NCBI GenBank assembly: GCA_965203905.1
Contig: CBDBDQ010000005.1
Span: 3,296,001 to 3,360,000, forward strand
Direction of reading: 5' to 3'
Origin: Spirochaetia bacterium
GTDB lineage: Bacteria; Spirochaetota; Spirochaetia; SZUA-6; Bin103
Length of the DNA: 64,000 nt
Shown here in pieces: positions 19,629-28,521 of the stretch. Position numbers and translations under genes: made by a program. Numbering within the stretch: position 1 is the first letter of the stretch; each line of letters begins with the position of its first letter. Below the pieces are notes generated by a model. That model worked only from the letters and a program-made list of their open reading frames with translations, did not search any database and was not told the DNA's origin.

Positions 19629-21734
19629 TCAGCGGGCGGCCAGGTACTCCTGCAGGCGCTCGATGGCGGGGGCGAAATCCTGCTGTCCGGTCAGCGTAGC
19701 GCGAAACCGGTCGCCGCGCTGCCCCAGCAGGGACGGGGTGTTGGCGATGGTGAACATGCCCGGATGCAGCTCCCCGTCCAGCTCGTCCCATTCCAGCGGC
19801 ATCGACACGCTGCCACCCGGCACCGGGCGTGCCACGTAGGGCGGCACCACGGTGGCGCTCCTGCGATTCTGCAGGAAGTCCACGTAGACCTTGCCGCCGC
19901 GCCCGCGCGGCAGCCGTTCGACGCTGGCGATGTCGGGATGCTCGCGCGCCACCACGCGCGCCACCGCCTCCATGAACAGGCGCACCTGGTCGTAGCGGTA
20001 GCCGGGCACCAGCGGCAGGTAGACGTGGAGCCCGGAGGCGCCGGAGGTCTTGACGGAGGGATCCAGGCCGATCCCGCGCAACACCTTGCCCGCGGTGCGC
20101 GCCACCCGCTTGGCGTTGGCGAAGGTGGTCTCCTTGGCATCCAGGTCCAGCACCGCGAAGTCGGGCTGCTCCAGGCTGCCGCGGCGCGAGAGCCAGGGAT
20201 GCAGCTCGATGCTGCCCAGGTTGATCAGGTAGAGCAGCGTCTGCAGGTCGTTGCAGATGAACTGCCGGTCGTGGCGGGCATCCACCTCCACCAGCTCCAC
20301 CCAGTCGGGAACCCCGGCCGGAGCCTGGCGCTGGAAGAACGACTTGCCCTCGATGCCGTCCGGGTAGCGGTTCATGTGCACCGGCCGCTCGCGCAGGTAG
20401 GGGAGCAGGAACTCGGCCACCTGCTCGTAGAACCGCAGCAGGTCGCCTTTGGTGTAGCCCTCGCGGGGCCAGTACACCTTGTCCAGGTTGCTGAACGCCA
20501 CCCGCCCGTTGCGGCGTCCACGCTGCGCCGCGGCGGCCAGGGCGGTGTGCACGTCGACCCGGCGCGCTTCCGCGGCGGCCTGCAGCGGCACCGTGCGCCA
20601 GCTGGACTGGGCTCCGGGCCGGTAGCGGCTGTCGGCGCGCTTGGCGACCAGCGCATGGAAGCCGGCGGCCTCGGCCACGGCGGCGAGGCTCTCGCCGCTG
20701 GCGGCCACGTGGTCGGCGAACAACAGGGTGGGCGATGCCGGCAGCAGCGTGCGCAGCAGTTGCTTGCGCTCCAGCAGCGGCAGGGGCCGCAGGTCCCACT
20801 CCTCGAAGTGGAGCAGGTCGAAGGCGTAGAACGCCACCACCGGCGCGGCCTCCCCGCCGGCGGCCCAGGCCTCGATCGCGCCGCGCGCCGGCCGGCCGCT
20901 CGCGTCCATCGCCACCCACACTCCGTCCAGCACCGCCCGTTCGGCGCGCACCGCGGCGAACTGCTCCTGCACCCCGGCCGCGGCGTCCGCATGCAGGGCC
21001 AGGCGCCCGCCGCCGGGCGCGGCGAAGGTCACCTCGTCGCCGTCCACGATGGCGAGGGCGCGCAGCCCCTCGAACTCCAGCTCGAAGATCCAGTCGGGAT
21101 CGGAGAACTGTGCGTGGTCGGCCGCCGCGGACATGGCGCGCGGCCGTCGTGGCAGGGGCGCCGGCCGCACCCGCGCCGGATCCACCACCGGCACCGGGTC
21201 GGCGGCGTCGCGGGCGTAGCGGTCGCGCGTCTTGAACAGCAGCCACTCGTCCTTGTCGGCGTTGGTCCGCACCAGGTGCCACTCGCCGCGCAGCCGGTAG
21301 CCGCGCAGGATCACCTTCACCTCCCCGGCGGCGAGCCCCGCCGTCAGGTCGGGCGCCTTTACCACCTCGTAGGAGCCGTGGTCCCAGATCAGCATGGTGC
21401 CGGCACCGTACTCGCCCTTGGGAATCACCCCTTCGAAGGTGCGGTAGCGCAACGGGTGGTCCTCGGTGTGAACTGCCAGGTGCTTCACCGCGGGGTCGTA
21501 GGAGAAGCCGCGCGGAACCGCCCAGGAGACCAGCACGCCGCCGGCCGCAAAGCGCAGGTCGTAGTGCAGCCGCCGTGCCTCGTGGCGATGGATCACGAAG
21601 CTGCCCTCGTCCGCCGGCAGGCCCTCCCCGGTGGCGGCCCCCGGCGTCTCGAACGCCGGCTCGGGAGTGCGGCTGAAGTCGCGCCGGGTCTGATACTCGG
21701 CGGCAGATTTCGAGGTGCGGGGGTCGACGGCCAC
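19629..21734 (-). CDS. ligD: LigD-type multidomain NHEJ protein: phosphoesterase, degenerate ligase, primase-polymerase
   Basis: PE: 'RRDFSRTPEP', 'HEARRLHYDLR', 'TEDHPLRY'; ligase motif I reads 'ELEFEG' (no Lys); POL: 'FSNLDKVYWP', 'RYPDG', 'DLD', 'KTSGASGLH', 'YVDFLQN'; start uncertain (ORF extends to 21848). Confidence 0.9.
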   Translation of the reverse strand: MAVDPRTSKSAAEYQTRRDFSRTPEPAFETPGAATGEGLPADEGSFVIHRHEARRLHYDLRFAAGGVLVSWAVPRGFSYDPAVKHLAVHTEDHPLRYRTFEGVIPKGEYGAGTMLIWDHGSYEVVKAPDLTAGLAAGEVKVILRGYRLRGEWHLVRTNADKDEWLLFKTRDRYARDAADPVPVVDPARVRPAPLPRRPRAMSAAADHAQFSDPDWIFELEFEGLRALAIVDGDEVTFAAPGGGRLALHADAAAGVQEQFAAVRAERAVLDGVWVAMDASGRPARGAIEAWAAGGEAAPVVAFYAFDLLHFEEWDLRPLPLLERKQLLRTLLPASPTLLFADHVAASGESLAAVAEAAGFHALVAKRADSRYRPGAQSSWRTVPLQAAAEARRVDVHTALAAAAQRGRRNGRVAFSNLDKVYWPREGYTKGDLLRFYEQVAEFLLPYLRERPVHMNRYPDGIEGKSFFQRQAPAGVPDWVELVEVDARHDRQFICNDLQTLLYLINLGSIELHPWLSRRGSLEQPDFAVLDLDAKETTFANAKRVARTAGKVLRGIGLDPSVKTSGASGLHVYLPLVPGYRYDQVRLFMEAVARVVAREHPDIASVERLPRGRGGKVYVDFLQNRRSATVVPPYVARPVPGGSVSMPLEWDELDGELHPGMFTIANTPSLLGQRGDRFRATLTGQQDFAPAIERLQEYLAAR

Positions 21735-21940
21735 TATGCCGTAGTCGCGAGCTCGTGCTCGCGCACGAGCATATCCGCGGGAAGTCCCCACTCGGCCGAC
21801 AGAGTCCGGATCATCGCCAGCGTGCAGTTGCAGCATAGATCGCGTCACACTGGGAATGCGAACCGGTGGAGCAGATTAGGAAGTGGTGCATCTGCCGCGC
21901 CGCGGCGAGATAGGCAAGCCGATGTTGACACTCACTGGCG

Positions 21941-22789
21941 TCACAGGACGGACTCGTCGCGTTCTGCGTTTCGATTTTGTAGCGCACTCAGAAACTCGTT
22001 TCGCACTGATTCCTTTTCTCTCGAATCCAAGTCATGTTTAAGTGCCGACTGAGACATCCTCAGAAGGCGTGCGTCAATCTCATACGGTCGTTGTCCCGTA
22101 GACTCTATTTGATCGATCAGAGCTTCGATATCACTATGGGGAATCTCGCCGGCAACCATTTGTGCAACTTCACGCAAGCTCGATGGTATGTTCCTAGGCA
22201 CATACGGTCCCATCAGAGGTGCTTCTCGTCGCCCCTCTTGTTGTAGGGACGCCCTTGGGTGGCATTTCAAGAAGACGCTGAGGTCATCGGACTCCCATTC
22301 ATGGAGAGAGTCAGCCTCCTGGCGCAGGAATTGCGATTGACTTGACCGGGCGGGTTTGATGCCAAGAAGATGGACTCTAGCTCCGTACTCTTGCGCCTGT
22401 TGGACTCCCACTCTGATATCTTCGTCTCCGGAAAGGAGCACGCATTCCGCCATTGCTCCGTTCCGAGCCAATGTGATCATGTCCGTTACGACAAGAGAGT
22501 CTACGCCCTTCTGCTGTCCATATGAATTCACGAATCCCAGACGCACCTTCATGTACCCTTTTTCAGCCAGAGCAATATGTTGTGTGCTTGGCCCCTGAGA
22601 CGTACCATCGTACCAATATATTCGGAATAAGGGAAGCTGCGAAACTTTCTCCGAAAAAGTTTTTAGCGAACAAATTACACCATCATAGTCTAGGTTAATC
22701 TCTCCGCGTTGTAACTTACTGCCGGACAGCGCCCTTGAACCCTCTGCGAAGAGGTAACCAGCGTCAACAAATACTGCTACTCGATCCAT
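21941..22789 (-). CDS. NYN (LabA/DUF88, PIN-like) domain ribonuclease
   Basis: 'VFVDAGY', 'YWYD', 'QKGVDSLVVTDM', 'LSGDED'; markedly lower GC. Confidence 0.9.
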   Translation of the reverse strand: MDRVAVFVDAGYLFAEGSRALSGSKLQRGEINLDYDGVICSLKTFSEKVSQLPLFRIYWYDGTSQGPSTQHIALAEKGYMKVRLGFVNSYGQQKGVDSLVVTDMITLARNGAMAECVLLSGDEDIRVGVQQAQEYGARVHLLGIKPARSSQSQFLRQEADSLHEWESDDLSVFLKCHPRASLQQEGRREAPLMGPYVPRNIPSSLREVAQMVAGEIPHSDIEALIDQIESTGQRPYEIDARLLRMSQSALKHDLDSREKESVRNEFLSALQNRNAERDESVL

Positions 22790-22843
22790 TTGTTTCCGTC
22801 CCGAGGAACCCAGACATCTTGCATCTGAAACATAGGGATAGAT

Positions 22844-22910
22844 AGAAAAAGGCCCCCGCAGGGGCCTGCTAGATACACCAACCCATTCAATAATAATCGG
22901 GTCGGTATAT
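22844..22910 (-). ncRNA. Candidate ~65-nt leader/small RNA upstream of the NYN gene
   Basis: 12-bp stem AUAUACCGACCC/GGGUUGGUGUAU that pairs fully only on the minus-strand transcript (two G-U pairs), followed by a terminator. Confidence 0.5.
22846..22867 (-). terminator. Intrinsic terminator upstream of the NYN start codon
   Basis: AGGCCCC-UGCG-GGGGCCU followed by UUUUCU on the minus strand. Confidence 0.7.
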
Positions 22911-22912
22911 GT

Positions 22913-22942
22913 AACCTATATCTTCGACTCAGATTTGGTCAA
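22913..22942 (-). promoter_or_regulatory. Putative sigma70-type promoter
   Basis: TTGACC-N18-TAGGTT ending just before the hairpin. Confidence 0.5.
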
Positions 22943-23022
22943 CCCCCCTCCCCAGCACGGCCGAGTCTTCGATGCCTCCAGCGCTAGCGGACGCCTGCGT
23001 CCGCAACATGCGACTGGCTCGG

Positions 23023-24168
23023 TCATAAGCCCGACTCGGCGCTGTCCAGGTCGAGGCGGTGGCGGATGAATTCCTGCAGCATGCGGTAGTACTGCAGCAT
23101 GGAGGCGATGTCGACCCACTCGTCCGGGCGGTGGATGTTGCCCACCAGCGGGCGGCTCATGATGACCGGGATGCCGCGCCCGGAGAAGAACCGCGCGTCG
23201 CTGGTGCCGGCGGTGCGCACCACCCCCATGGGACGGCCCAGCACCCGTTCGCCGATCGCCATGAACGCCGGATCGGGAGTCATTTCGGTGGGTTCGTCGC
23301 CCACGCGCGGCGTTGCCACGGCGTCCGGACCCAGGCAGGCGCGTACCTCCGCCAGTATCGCGGCCACGGTCCAGGGGGGCGTGAAGCGCACGTCGATGCC
23401 GGCGCATGCGAAGGCGGGGATCCGGTTCAAGGTGCGGCTCTCCGATTCCAGCGTGGTGACGGTGGCGGTAGGGTGCCAGTGCTCGGCGCTCGCGCCGTTG
23501 GCGAGCGTGGCGAAGTGCGTGCGCAGGCGCGCCAGGTCGTCCAGCATCGTGTCCACCGGGTTGCGCCCCTCCCAGGGGTAGGCGGCGTGGGTGGAGACGC
23601 CGCTCCATTCCGCGTCGAGATGCAGGATCCCCTTCTCCGCTGCCACCACGCGGTCGATCGAGCCCCCGTCCGGCAGCAGCGCCACGCCGCATGCCAGGCC
23701 CTGCGCCACGAGATGGCGCGCGCCGTGGCCGCCGCTTTCTTCGTCGGCGGTGACCGCCAGTCCCAGCGAGAGGCCGGGGTGACGCTGATGCAGCTCGGTG
23801 AAAAGGGTCGCCAGCACTGCCAGCGCGCCCTTCATGTCCCCCGCCCCGGGACCGTAGATGCGGCCGTCGCGCACCTGTGAACGATAGACGCCGGGGTTGC
23901 CGTGGTCGACCACGTCGATGTGCGCCAGCAGCAGCACCTCCGGGTTCGCTACCCCGTTCGGTAGGGCCACCACGGCTGGGACGCCCTCGCAGCGGTGCTC
24001 CTCCAGGCGCACTCCGGCGACGGTGTCGAGCTGGATGCGCAGCAGGTCGAGGCTGCGTTCGATTTCGGCCGGGTGCGCCGCGGAGCTGGGCACCAGGATC
24101 AGGTCGCGGGTGAGCGCAACCAGGTGGTCTCGCAGTGCAGCGTCGGCCGCGGCGTCAGTCACGGTCAT
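23023..24168 (-). CDS. M20-family metallopeptidase/deacylase (ArgE/DapE-like)
   Basis: 'AHIDVV', 'GPGAGDMKG', 'DEESG', 'HAAYPWEGRN', 'SDARFF', 'IHRPDEWV'. Confidence 0.9.
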   Translation of the reverse strand: MTVTDAAADAALRDHLVALTRDLILVPSSAAHPAEIERSLDLLRIQLDTVAGVRLEEHRCEGVPAVVALPNGVANPEVLLLAHIDVVDHGNPGVYRSQVRDGRIYGPGAGDMKGALAVLATLFTELHQRHPGLSLGLAVTADEESGGHGARHLVAQGLACGVALLPDGGSIDRVVAAEKGILHLDAEWSGVSTHAAYPWEGRNPVDTMLDDLARLRTHFATLANGASAEHWHPTATVTTLESESRTLNRIPAFACAGIDVRFTPPWTVAAILAEVRACLGPDAVATPRVGDEPTEMTPDPAFMAIGERVLGRPMGVVRTAGTSDARFFSGRGIPVIMSRPLVGNIHRPDEWVDIASMLQYYRMLQEFIRHRLDLDSAESGL

Positions 24169-25525
24169 ACTGCCACTTGAGGTGAAACGCGCGCTCGACC
24201 AGTCCACACATGCGCTGCACGGTGGCGGCGTCCGGCGCCAGGCACAGCATCTGGCTCTTGGTGACCTGCCGCCCCGGGTCGAGGTTGAAGTTGATCGGCA
24301 GCACGCCGGCCGCGGCTCCGGGGTGGTACAGGCAGCCCTCCCGCTCCAGGGCGGCGAGCACCTCAGGCGCCGGCATGGGGTGATGGAACCGCAGGTTGCG
24401 CATCAGCCAGGCGCCGGCGGGAATGAAGTGACGCGCCAGGATCGAGGGGTAGGAGGCGCCGGTGACGCGGGCGTTGATCTCGGCGGCGATCGCCTGCAGC
24501 TCTCCTTCGCGGCGCAGCAGCACGAAGTCGACCGACGCCGTGCCGCGGTAGCCCTGGGCGTGGAGCCACAGCGCCGCCCGCGCGGCCACCGCCAGCAGCC
24601 GGTCGACCGCGCCCGCAACCTCCGCGGCGTACGGCGGCGGCGCCACGTTGCCCTCGTGCACGCTGTGCGCGCCCAGGATCTGCTCGGTCACGTCGTACAG
24701 GCACACCTCGTGCTCGCTCAGGAACAGCTGCACGCTCGGCGAGCCGAGCAGTCGCACGCCGATGGCGCCGTCTTCCAGCCACCCCTGCACCAGGCAGGCC
24801 CCCTCGTGAAACAGGTACTCCGGAATCTGCCCGGCGACGACTTCCGCCGCCGGCAGGCACAGCATGCCGATGCCGGAGCCACCGATCGGCGCCTTGAGCG
24901 CAACCTGTGCGTAGCCCTGCGCCCGCAGTCTCCGGCAGCACTCCGCCGCGTGTCCGGGCGAAGCGGCCACCTCGGTGTCGAAGGTGGGCAGTCCCTCGCG
25001 CGCCAGAAACTGGTGCAGCAGCAGCTTGTTGTTGCCGTTGTAGCTGCCGACGTGGCTGCTCAGGGTGCGTTTGCCGGCGCGCTGCGCCAGTTCCTCCAGC
25101 GTGTGATCGGTCACGAAGCCGTCGATCCACGGCGCCGGGTGGGCGTGCAGCAGTTCGACCAGGGCTTCGCGGTCGCCGCCGGCGCCGTTCCGACCCTGGT
25201 ACACGGCCGGTGACACCAGACGACACTCGGGCAGGCTGAGCCCGAGTCCCTCGTGGTAGGCGCGCAGCTCGCGGTCCGGCTCCGTCTCCAGCAGCAGCAG
25301 GTTGGGTGACCCGGTAAACAGCAGGTCGATCAGCGGCAGCAGACGCCCGCCGTAGGAGTCGATTCCCCTGATCTGCTCGGCGAGGATTTCCGTCTGACGC
25401 TGGTTGCCGTAGAACAGCGACAGCAGGTTGGCCACGAATACGGCGCTGCGGTCCCAGAAGCGCGGCAGGTGGGCGGGGTGCACGCGCAGGGCCGGGGACG
25501 GCCGGGCGCCGGCTGGCTGCGTCAC
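24155..25525 (-). CDS. ATP-grasp-fold protein (pre-ATP-grasp/PGM1-like peptide ligase family)
   Basis: 'LKAPIGGSGIG', 'QGWLE', 'SPSVQ', 'EQIL...HEGN', 'GYRGTASVDF', 'EINARVTGASY'. Confidence 0.7.
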   Translation of the reverse strand: MTQPAGARPSPALRVHPAHLPRFWDRSAVFVANLLSLFYGNQRQTEILAEQIRGIDSYGGRLLPLIDLLFTGSPNLLLLETEPDRELRAYHEGLGLSLPECRLVSPAVYQGRNGAGGDREALVELLHAHPAPWIDGFVTDHTLEELAQRAGKRTLSSHVGSYNGNNKLLLHQFLAREGLPTFDTEVAASPGHAAECCRRLRAQGYAQVALKAPIGGSGIGMLCLPAAEVVAGQIPEYLFHEGACLVQGWLEDGAIGVRLLGSPSVQLFLSEHEVCLYDVTEQILGAHSVHEGNVAPPPYAAEVAGAVDRLLAVAARAALWLHAQGYRGTASVDFVLLRREGELQAIAAEINARVTGASYPSILARHFIPAGAWLMRNLRFHHPMPAPEVLAALEREGCLYHPGAAAGVLPINFNLDPGRQVTKSQMLCLAPDAATVQRMCGLVERAFHLKWQYDRD

Positions 25526-26376
25526 TCTGCTACCCGCGGCTGCAGCGCGTGCCAGTAGTAGCGCAGCGGATCATCCGCCGCCCAGTCGCGATACAGCTCA
25601 TCCCAGGTCAGCCACCCCATGTGCGGTTGCAGCGAGCTCGGCGCCACCGGCTGGCTGCAGGGCTGGTTGCGGTAGCTCACCGCCAGCCGCACGCGGTCGC
25701 TGGCATTGGGCTGTGCGTGGTGGATGGTCAGGCTGTGGAACAGCAGCACGTCGCCGCAACTCATTGGGCTCCAGGCCCAGCCCGCATCCGCCGCCGGCTT
25801 GACCTCCATGGTCCAGTCGTCGGCGTCCTGCAGCCCGGCGTGGTGGGAACCGGGAACGATGCCGAGCCCGCCGCCGAGCTCGGCGCCGCAGTCGCCCAGC
25901 GGCAGCCACGCGGTCCAGGTGTCGGTGGTGCCGCGTATGGCGAAGAAGTCCTGGTGCGGCACCCGCACGTACTTCGGATCGTTGGGAAAGATCGTGTGGC
26001 AGATGTGCCGCGGGTGCGTCAGCGGCGGCTCCTCGAACAGCAGCTCCAGCACCTCCAGCAGGCGCGGGTGGAGTGCCAGGGCATGGAAGCTGCGCAACCG
26101 CAGCAGGCGGTCGTAGTAGGCGCGGTACGCGGGATTGGCGTCGAACGCGGTGAGCGAAGTGCCGGGCCTGGCCACCGCGTCGTCCCACGCCGTGTCGGGA
26201 GCCAGATAGCCCTGGCGCTGGATCTCCAGCAGCACGTCGCGGCGCACCTCGCGCACCGCGGCGGCGGGCAGGCGTGCGCGAAAGAACAGGTAGCCGCGCT
26301 CGCGTGCCGCGGCCTGCAGGGCAGCGGCATCGCTTAGCAGCGCGCTGCACTCCTGATAGGGGGCTGCGTTCTCCAT
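25522..26376 (-). CDS. PhyH-family Fe(II)/2OG dioxygenase
   Basis: 'PHQDF', 'TAWLPLGD', 'GLGIVPGSH', 'GDVLLFHSLTIH', 'RLAVSYR'. Confidence 0.9.
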   Translation of the reverse strand: MENAAPYQECSALLSDAAALQAAARERGYLFFRARLPAAAVREVRRDVLLEIQRQGYLAPDTAWDDAVARPGTSLTAFDANPAYRAYYDRLLRLRSFHALALHPRLLEVLELLFEEPPLTHPRHICHTIFPNDPKYVRVPHQDFFAIRGTTDTWTAWLPLGDCGAELGGGLGIVPGSHHAGLQDADDWTMEVKPAADAGWAWSPMSCGDVLLFHSLTIHHAQPNASDRVRLAVSYRNQPCSQPVAPSSLQPHMGWLTWDELYRDWAADDPLRYYWHALQPRVAE

Positions 26377-26405
26377 GGGTCGCCGCGCCAAGCCTCGCCC
26401 GCGCG

Positions 26406-26816
26406 TCAGGTGCCGCGGTCTCCCACCGTGGCCGGGGCGGCGTGGTGGTACCACTCCGGGCCCTCTTCCCCCGGCTCCGGCAGCAACCGGCCCGCTTCCA
26501 TGGTCCAGGACGCGGGGCCCTCGGTGATGCGGCCCCCCAACTGCTCGGCCGCGACGCCGGTGATGTCGCGGAACGCACCCATGAGCTCGGCCAGCAGCTT
26601 CTCCTTCAGTGCGGCGGGGCGCCCGGCGCGGTTGCCACCGTCGATGTAGTAGGGCTCGGCAAACTCGGAGTCGTGGCCCTCGAAGAACGCCACGTGGACG
26701 AAGTCGCGCGGCGCCCCGGTCAATCCGCAGTGGATGTCGGTGAACGCGCGGGCGACCTGCTGGCGTTGTTGAAACGGGATCGAGTCCTTGGGTACGAGGC
26801 AGCGGTAGAATGGCAT
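26406..26816 (-). CDS. Tautomerase-superfamily protein with catalytic Pro1
   Basis: Starts 'MPFY'; 'TDIHCGLTGAPRDFVHVAF', 'RAGR', 'MEAGRLLPEPGEE'. Confidence 0.8.
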   Translation of the reverse strand: MPFYRCLVPKDSIPFQQRQQVARAFTDIHCGLTGAPRDFVHVAFFEGHDSEFAEPYYIDGGNRAGRPAALKEKLLAELMGAFRDITGVAAEQLGGRITEGPASWTMEAGRLLPEPGEEGPEWYHHAAPATVGDRGT

Positions 26817-26852
26817 TTCTTCCTCCGGTCGAGCGGGCTCAGGCGGCCGGTT

Positions 26853-26928
26853 GGCAGCCCGTGGCGAAACTCCGGCTGCATTTGAGCGGCGCTCTCGGTG
26901 CGACGCCGGGTTCCACCACGGGCTGCTA
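26853..26928. mobile_element. MITE-like element, internally deleted copy (~76 bp)
   Basis: Same ends as 11730-11891 (GGCAGCCCGTGGCGAAACTCCGGCTGCAT...CGACGCCGGGTTCCACCACGGGCTGCTA) without the central hairpin. Confidence 0.75.
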
Positions 26929-27249
26929 GCTGCGGTCGCGCGCGGACACGATCAGCTCGTCGGTCGCGCAACCGGTGGTCGCGCACCACATGTCGCAGAT
27001 CTGCTGCATCAGGTCGACCCTGACCTCCTGCCTGCATCCCGGCGGGATCGATCCCCTGACCAGCGAGGTGGTCGACAGCTCGCCGCCGCGGAATCCGAAG
27101 CCGCGCGGTATCTCGGTGAACTCCACCGTCACCTCACCGGGCGAGCCACCCAGCAGCGAAGTGCTGATCCGGGCCAACGCCGACTGCAACTCGGGCCGGA
27201 GCCGTGGGGGGATCACCCCCTCTTGCACGATGCAATTGAAACTGATCAT
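26926..27249 (-). CDS. Small hypothetical protein, tautomerase-like beta-alpha-beta pattern, no Pro1
   Basis: 107 aa 'MISFNCIVQEG...VTVEFTEIPRGFGFRGG...RVDLMQQICDMW'; adjacent to the Pro1 tautomerase. Confidence 0.6.
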   Translation of the reverse strand: MISFNCIVQEGVIPPRLRPELQSALARISTSLLGGSPGEVTVEFTEIPRGFGFRGGELSTTSLVRGSIPPGCRQEVRVDLMQQICDMWCATTGCATDELIVSARDRS

Positions 27250-27387
27250 GAAATCCGCCGGCCGCGCACGCTGGGCCCGGCCGCTGGGTTCTCCCTCCAG
27301 CGTAGCACGGCGTCGACGCGTTGGGAACGGACGGCGGCGCTTGTCGCAGGGCGGTTTTTGCCGCACGCTGTCCGCCGCGACAATGCC

Positions 27388-28521
27388 ATGAAGATCACCG
27401 CGGTCGAAGTCTACGTGCTGCGCGCCCCGGACGACGGGCGCCCCCACTGGGTGAGCCACTTCGTGGTCCCCAAGGCCAACGAGCTGCTGGTGCGGTTGCG
27501 CACCGACTCCGGCCTCGAGGGCATCGGCCTGGCCACCAACTACACGCCCATCGAGGCGGCGGTGCACGCGGTGCGCAGCGGCATCTGCGACCTGATAGTG
27601 GGCTCCGATCCGCTGGCGCCCGAGGCCCTGTACCACAAGCTGTTTTCGCTCACCTGGCAGCGTCTGGCCCACGAGCGCGGCTGGTCGCGGGAGGCGCTGG
27701 TACGCATCTCCGCCGCCGTGGACATCGCCGCCTGGGACCTCGTCGGCAAATACGCGGGTCTGCCGCTGTACCGGCTGTTTGGCGGCTATCGCAGCGTGGT
27801 GCCGTGCTATGTGACCTGCGCCTACTACCGCGACGGCAAGGACCTGGCCGAGCTGCGCGACGAGATGGAGATGCTCAAGGCGCAGGGGCATACCGGCTTC
27901 AAGGCCAAGGCGGGCGGTGCTTCGCTCGCCTGCGACCTGGAGCGGCTGGCCCTGGTGCGCGAGGTGATCGGCGACGGCCACGACCTGATGGTGGACGTGA
28001 ACCGCGCCTGGGACCTGGAGACGGCCACCGAAGCGGCGCGGCTGCTGGAGCCGCTGCGTCCGCGCTGGCTGGAGGAGCCGGTGCGCTGGGCCGATGACCG
28101 CCGCGAGCTGCGGCTGCTGTCGACCCGGACCTCCATACCGCTGTCCGCCGGGGAGAGCGAGCTGACCAGCTACGGCTGCCGCGCCCTGCTGGACGAGCAG
28201 GCGATCCGGATCCTGCAGTTCGACTGCACCATGATGGGAGGCTTCACCGAGGGTCGCAAGCTGGCCGCCCTGTGCGAGCTGCACCACGTGCAGGTGGCGC
28301 CGCACCACGACTGCTTCCTCCACGCCCATATCGTCGCCGCCAGCCCCGCCGGGTGCATCGTCGAGAGCTTCACCGATCCCGAGCGCGATCCGCTGCAGGC
28401 GGAGCTGTTCGAGGACCCGCCGCGCATCACGGGCGGCCGGCTCTCCCTCAAGGAGGAACCTGGCCTGGGGCTGACCCTGTCCGACGCGGCCCTGGCCCGG
28501 TTCGGCGAGCGCATCGTATGA
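27388..28521 (+). CDS. Mandelate racemase/muconate lactonizing enzyme (enolase superfamily)
   Basis: 'AVDIAAWDLVGK', 'KAK', metal ligands 'MVDVN', 'WLEEP', 'AGES', 'APHH'. Confidence 0.92.
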   Translation: MKITAVEVYVLRAPDDGRPHWVSHFVVPKANELLVRLRTDSGLEGIGLATNYTPIEAAVHAVRSGICDLIVGSDPLAPEALYHKLFSLTWQRLAHERGWSREALVRISAAVDIAAWDLVGKYAGLPLYRLFGGYRSVVPCYVTCAYYRDGKDLAELRDEMEMLKAQGHTGFKAKAGGASLACDLERLALVREVIGDGHDLMVDVNRAWDLETATEAARLLEPLRPRWLEEPVRWADDRRELRLLSTRTSIPLSAGESELTSYGCRALLDEQAIRILQFDCTMMGGFTEGRKLAALCELHHVQVAPHHDCFLHAHIVAASPAGCIVESFTDPERDPLQAELFEDPPRITGGRLSLKEEPGLGLTLSDAALARFGERIV

